Source of the DNA: an uncultured Thermotogaceae bacterium
GTDB lineage: Bacteria > Bipolaricaulota > Bipolaricaulia > Bipolaricaulales > Bipolaricaulaceae
DNA: 17,244 bases
Direction of reading: 5' to 3'
NCBI GenBank assembly: GCA_964436445.1
Contig: CAYTCK010000016.1
Coordinates: forward strand, 1-17,244
Of the stretch, positions 14,175 to 17,244 are shown piece by piece; the stretch's first letter is position 1; each line of letters opens with the position of its first letter. The notes beneath the pieces are model-generated. The model was not told where the DNA came from, did not search any database, and saw nothing but the letters and a program-made list of their open reading frames with translations. A program made the translations under genes and the position numbers.

Positions 14175-15584
14175 ATGGAGACGGTCATCGGCCTGGAGAT
14201 CCACGTCCAGCTGGCCACGGCCACGAAGTTATTCTGCTCCTGTAGCACCGATTACTTCCAGGCTCCTCCCAACACCCTGACCTGCCCGGTGTGCCTGGGG
14301 ATGCCCGGGGCCCTGCCGGTCCTCAACGTGCGGGCGGTGGAGCTCGCGCTGCGGGTGGCCCTGGCCCTGGGGGCCGAGGTCCAGGAAGTCTCCCACTTCG
14401 ATCGCAAGAACTATTTCTATCCCGATCTCCCCAAGGGCTACCAGATCACCCAGCGGGAGGTCCCCTTGGCGGTGGGAGGGAAGCTCGCTTTCGAGGTCGA
14501 GGGCGATGAGCGGGTGGTGCGGATCCGGGAGCTCCACATCGAGGAGGACGCCGGGAAGTTGATCCATACTGAAGACGGCGCCCTGGTGGACATGAACCGC
14601 TGCGGGATCCCCCTGGTGGAGATCGTCACCGAGCCGGATATCCGCTCCCCGGAGGAGGCCCGAGAGTTCCTCCGGGCACTGCGCACCCTGCTGCGGCATC
14701 TGAGGGTCTCCAACGCCGATATGGAGAAAGGGGAGATGCGCTGCGATGCCAATATCTCCGTTTCCCGGAACGGTTCCCTGGGAACGAAGACGGAGATCAA
14801 GAACTTGAACTCCTTCCGGGCGGTGGAACGGGCCTTGGCGGCGGAGGCCGAGAGACAGCGCCGAGCCCTGGAGGCGGGGACGGGTGTGCGGCAGATGACC
14901 TTCGGTTGGGACGAGAAAAAAGGGCTCGTTCCCCAGCGCACCAAGGAGGAGGCCCACGACTACCGTTACTTCCCTGAGCCGGATCTGGTGCCCCTGGTGA
15001 TCTCCAGGGAGTGGTTGGATCGGGTACGGCGGGAGATGCCGGAGCTCCCCTGGGAACGGAGGGAACGCTTCCTCCGGGACTACGGCCTCTCCCGGAAGGA
15101 GGCGGAAATACTCCTCGCGGAGCCTGCCCTGGCCGACTACTTCGAACGGGTGGCCGAGGGCTGTGATGCCCCACGGGAGGCGGCTGGGTGGGTGCTCTCG
15201 GAGATCCTGCGCTTTTGGAAGGGGGATCCCCCTCTCCCCCCTGAAGGGCTCGTCCGGCTGATACAGGCGGTTGCCTCCGGTCGTGTCTCCCGTACCAACG
15301 CCAAGCAGGTCCTTGAGGAGGCCATCGCCACGGGGAAGGATCCCGGCGAGATCATCGCCCAGAGGGGCCTCGAGCTCCTGGGGGACGAGGAGGAACTGCG
15401 GCAACTGGCCCAAGAAGTGATACAGGAGAACCCCAAAGCGGTCTCCGACTTCCGGGCCGGCAAAAAGGGGGCGATCGGCTTCCTGGTGGGACAGGCCATG
15501 CGCAAGACCGGGGGCCGGGCTGACGCCAAGAAACTCTCCCGGATCCTGGCCGAGATCCTGGGGGAAGGGGGGAGGGAAGCGTGA
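14175..15584 (+). CDS. gatB: Asp-tRNA(Asn)/Glu-tRNA(Gln) amidotransferase subunit B
   Basis: 469 aa. The N-terminus is METVIGLEIHVQLATATKLFCSCS...CPVCLGMPGALPVLN. A GatB/YqeY C-terminal domain is present. Confidence 0.95.
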   Translation: METVIGLEIHVQLATATKLFCSCSTDYFQAPPNTLTCPVCLGMPGALPVLNVRAVELALRVALALGAEVQEVSHFDRKNYFYPDLPKGYQITQREVPLAVGGKLAFEVEGDERVVRIRELHIEEDAGKLIHTEDGALVDMNRCGIPLVEIVTEPDIRSPEEAREFLRALRTLLRHLRVSNADMEKGEMRCDANISVSRNGSLGTKTEIKNLNSFRAVERALAAEAERQRRALEAGTGVRQMTFGWDEKKGLVPQRTKEEAHDYRYFPEPDLVPLVISREWLDRVRREMPELPWERRERFLRDYGLSRKEAEILLAEPALADYFERVAEGCDAPREAAGWVLSEILRFWKGDPPLPPEGLVRLIQAVASGRVSRTNAKQVLEEAIATGKDPGEIIAQRGLELLGDEEELRQLAQEVIQENPKAVSDFRAGKKGAIGFLVGQAMRKTGGRADAKKLSRILAEILGEGGREA

Positions 15585-16036
15585 TGCGATGGTTTTTCCT
15601 TCTTTTTGTCCTGGCATTCCTCCTGGGGGGAGGGGTGGTCTTGGCGGGGGAGAACCTCTCCGCTGGGAGGACACTGGGGATCGGCACCCAGTTCACCTTT
15701 CCCGGCGTTCTAGGGGTCAGCCTCCGTCTCTGGACCAACCCCTCGTTCGGGCTGGAGGGCACGGCCTTTGTCTTCTCCGGGGAAGGGGGGCTCTGGGGGT
15801 TCCTGGCTGGGAGGGCACTCATCCGGATGGCGGACACCCGGGCCGTGGACTTTTACATCGCCCCCGGGGCCAGCTATCTCCTGGGGGAGGGGAAACTCTT
15901 CGGCTTGGGGACCATGGGGATCGAGTTCACCCCACCTTTCGCCCCGGCGCTGGCTCTGAACGTGGAGTTCGGCTTCTTCTTCGTCCAAAGTCAGGTGGGG
16001 ATGTCCTTCGGGAGCGGGCTGCATTTCTACTTCTGA
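15584..16036 (+). CDS. Small secreted beta-barrel-like outer-membrane protein (hypothetical)
   Basis: 150 aa. Either ATG 15584 overlaps the gatB TGA (GTGATG), or GTG 15581 is the start. There is an N-terminal signal or anchor [22 protein letters not shown]. Residues alternate hydrophobic and polar, with Gly/aromatic-rich strands. The C-terminus ...GSGLHFYF ends in Phe, like OMP beta-signals. Confidence 0.5.
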   Translation: MRWFFLLFVLAFLLGGGVVLAGENLSAGRTLGIGTQFTFPGVLGVSLRLWTNPSFGLEGTAFVFSGEGGLWGFLAGRALIRMADTRAVDFYIAPGASYLLGEGKLFGLGTMGIEFTPPFAPALALNVEFGFFFVQSQVGMSFGSGLHFYF

Positions 16037-16046
16037 TCCGGAGCCG

Positions 16047-17244
16047 ATGGAAGCTCGGTGGCCGAAGCCCTACAAGATCAAGGTGGTGGAGCCCATCCGG
16101 CTTCTGCCCCGTCACGAGCGGGAGCGGGCGCTCGCTGAAGCCGGCTACAACCTCTTCAACCTGAGGTCCGAGGACGTTTATATAGATCTCCTCACCGACT
16201 CCGGCACCGGGGCCATGTCCCAGGCCCAGTGGGCGGCGCTGATGGAGGGGGATGAGGCCTATGCCGGGTCCCGCTCATTCGAGCTCTTCCGGAGGACGGT
16301 ACAGGAGATCACCGGGTACCCCTATGTCCTCCCCACCCACCAGGGCCGGGGGGCGGAGAACGTCCTCTTCTCGGCCCTCCTCAGGCCCGGCCAATACGTG
16401 GTCAGTAACTCCCTTTTCGACACCACGAGGGCCCATGTACTGGACAAGGGAGGGAAACCGGTGGATCTCCCCGTCCCGGAGGCCCTGGACCCTGAGAGCG
16501 ATCACCCCTTCAAGGGGGCCATCGACCTCAAGGCCCTGGAGGAGTTCCTGGAGCGGGAGGGGGACAGGGTGGCCGCGGTGTTGATCACAGTGACCAACAA
16601 CACCCTCGCTGGCCAGCCTGTGTCCTTGGACAACATCCGGGAGGCTTCCCGTCTGGCCCACGCCCATGGGGTCCCCCTCTTTCTGGATGCCTGCCGCTAC
16701 GCCGAGAACATTTACTTCGTTTGGGAACGGGAACCGGGATACGCCGGGAAATCCCCCCTGGAGATCGCCCGGGAGCTTTTCTCCCTGGCCGATGGCTGCA
16801 CCATGTCGGCCAAGAAGGATGGCCTGGCGAACATCGGCGGCTTCCTGGCCGTGCGGGACCGAGGGCTCTTTGAGCGGTGCCGGGAGAGGCTCATCCTGAT
16901 GGAGGGTTTCCCCACGTACGGGGGCCTGGCGGGGCGGGACCTCGCGGCCATCGCCGTGGGACTGCGGGAGGCCTTGGACTGGGATTACCTGCGGGACCGT
17001 GTGGGGCAGGTCCGCTGGCTCGCCGAGAGGCTCCGGGAGGCGGGGATCCCCGTCTATTGGCCCCCTGGGGGCCATGCGGTGTATGTGGACGCCGGCAGGC
17101 TCCTTCCCCACATTCCTCCGGAGGAGTTCCCCGGCCAGGCCCTGGCTTGTGCCCTGTACCTCGAGGGCGGGATCCGCTCCGTCGAGGTAGGGACGGCGAT
17201 GCTGGGGAGGGAGGCGAGGTTCCAGCTCGTGCGGCTGGCGATCC
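16047..17244 (+). CDS. PLP-dependent beta-eliminating lyase of the tryptophanase/tyrosine phenol-lyase family. It is 3'-partial and runs off the window.
   Basis: Hand translation from ATG 16047, with a GGAG SD 3 nt upstream. The frame is open to 17244 and is absent from the ORF track because it has no stop. Supporting sequence: [20 protein letters not shown]..., the PLP-lysine block [21 protein letters not shown] (TnaA/TPL signature SAKKD) and YxD/NN motifs ([16 protein letters not shown]). Confidence 0.8.
   Translation, partial: MEARWPKPYKIKVVEPIRLLPRHERERALAEAGYNLFNLRSEDVYIDLLTDSGTGAMSQAQWAALMEGDEAYAGSRSFELFRRTVQEITGYPYVLPTHQGRGAENVLFSALLRPGQYVVSNSLFDTTRAHVLDKGGKPVDLPVPEALDPESDHPFKGAIDLKALEEFLEREGDRVAAVLITVTNNTLAGQPVSLDNIREASRLAHAHGVPLFLDACRYAENIYFVWEREPGYAGKSPLEIARELFSLADGCTMSAKKDGLANIGGFLAVRDRGLFERCRERLILMEGFPTYGGLAGRDLAAIAVGLREALDWDYLRDRVGQVRWLAERLREAGIPVYWPPGGHAVYVDAGRLLPHIPPEEFPGQALACALYLEGGIRSVEVGTAMLGREARFQLVRLAI

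Noticed and set aside
14229-15674. 481-aa minus-strand ORF
   Set aside because: It is antisense to the well-supported gatB. The composition is biased and it has no domain signatures.
16275-17111. 278-aa minus-strand ORF
   Set aside because: It is antisense to the tryptophanase/TPL gene, which has the SAKKD PLP motif. It is a GC-rich antisense artefact.
1-17244. Search for tRNA, rRNA, CRISPR arrays, IS elements or integrase remnants
   Set aside because: Intergenic space is minimal (the longest is about 80-180 bp). I found no cloverleaf-like or repeat-spacer structure, and no transposase or integrase-like translations in any frame.

Overview
This is a GC-rich (roughly 65%), gene-dense bacterial chromosomal window of mostly housekeeping genes. 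I did not compute GC content or codon usage. The codon usage (GGG/CTC/GAG/AAG/AGG-rich), the many overlapping start/stop codons and the apparently leaderless starts are reminiscent of a high-GC thermophile such as the Deinococcus-Thermus group. Taxonomy cannot be established from the sequence alone.

I can support 18 protein-coding genes. In order they are:
- a secreted GH18 chitinase-like enzyme (minus strand, runs off the 5' edge)
- a small multi-TM membrane protein
- recG-gatC on the minus strand, with a 1-nt gap between them
- def, then fmt whose conserved N-terminus has no in-frame start codon
- a HEAT-repeat protein resembling the DNA-alkylation-repair family
- an RlmI-type PUA-domain m5C rRNA methyltransferase
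- prfA (RF1)
- pgsA and tpiA on the minus strand
- an SPFH/stomatin protein translationally overlapped with a YycJ-like MBL-fold hydrolase
- two translationally coupled, Sec-signal-bearing proteins of unknown function with their own promoter and a strong SD
- gatB, followed by a small beta-barrel-like secreted protein coupled to it
- a tryptophanase/tyrosine-phenol-lyase family gene that runs off the 3' edge

I found no rRNA, tRNA, CRISPR, IS or phage features.

The most interesting items are:
- the unannotatable secreted two-gene cassette at 11.8-14.1 kb
- the fmt start anomaly (a C5 homopolymer in the def/fmt overlap)
- a sigma70-like promoter whose predicted TSS coincides with the ATG of the SPFH gene (leaderless)
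- the unusual SPFH-MBL pairing
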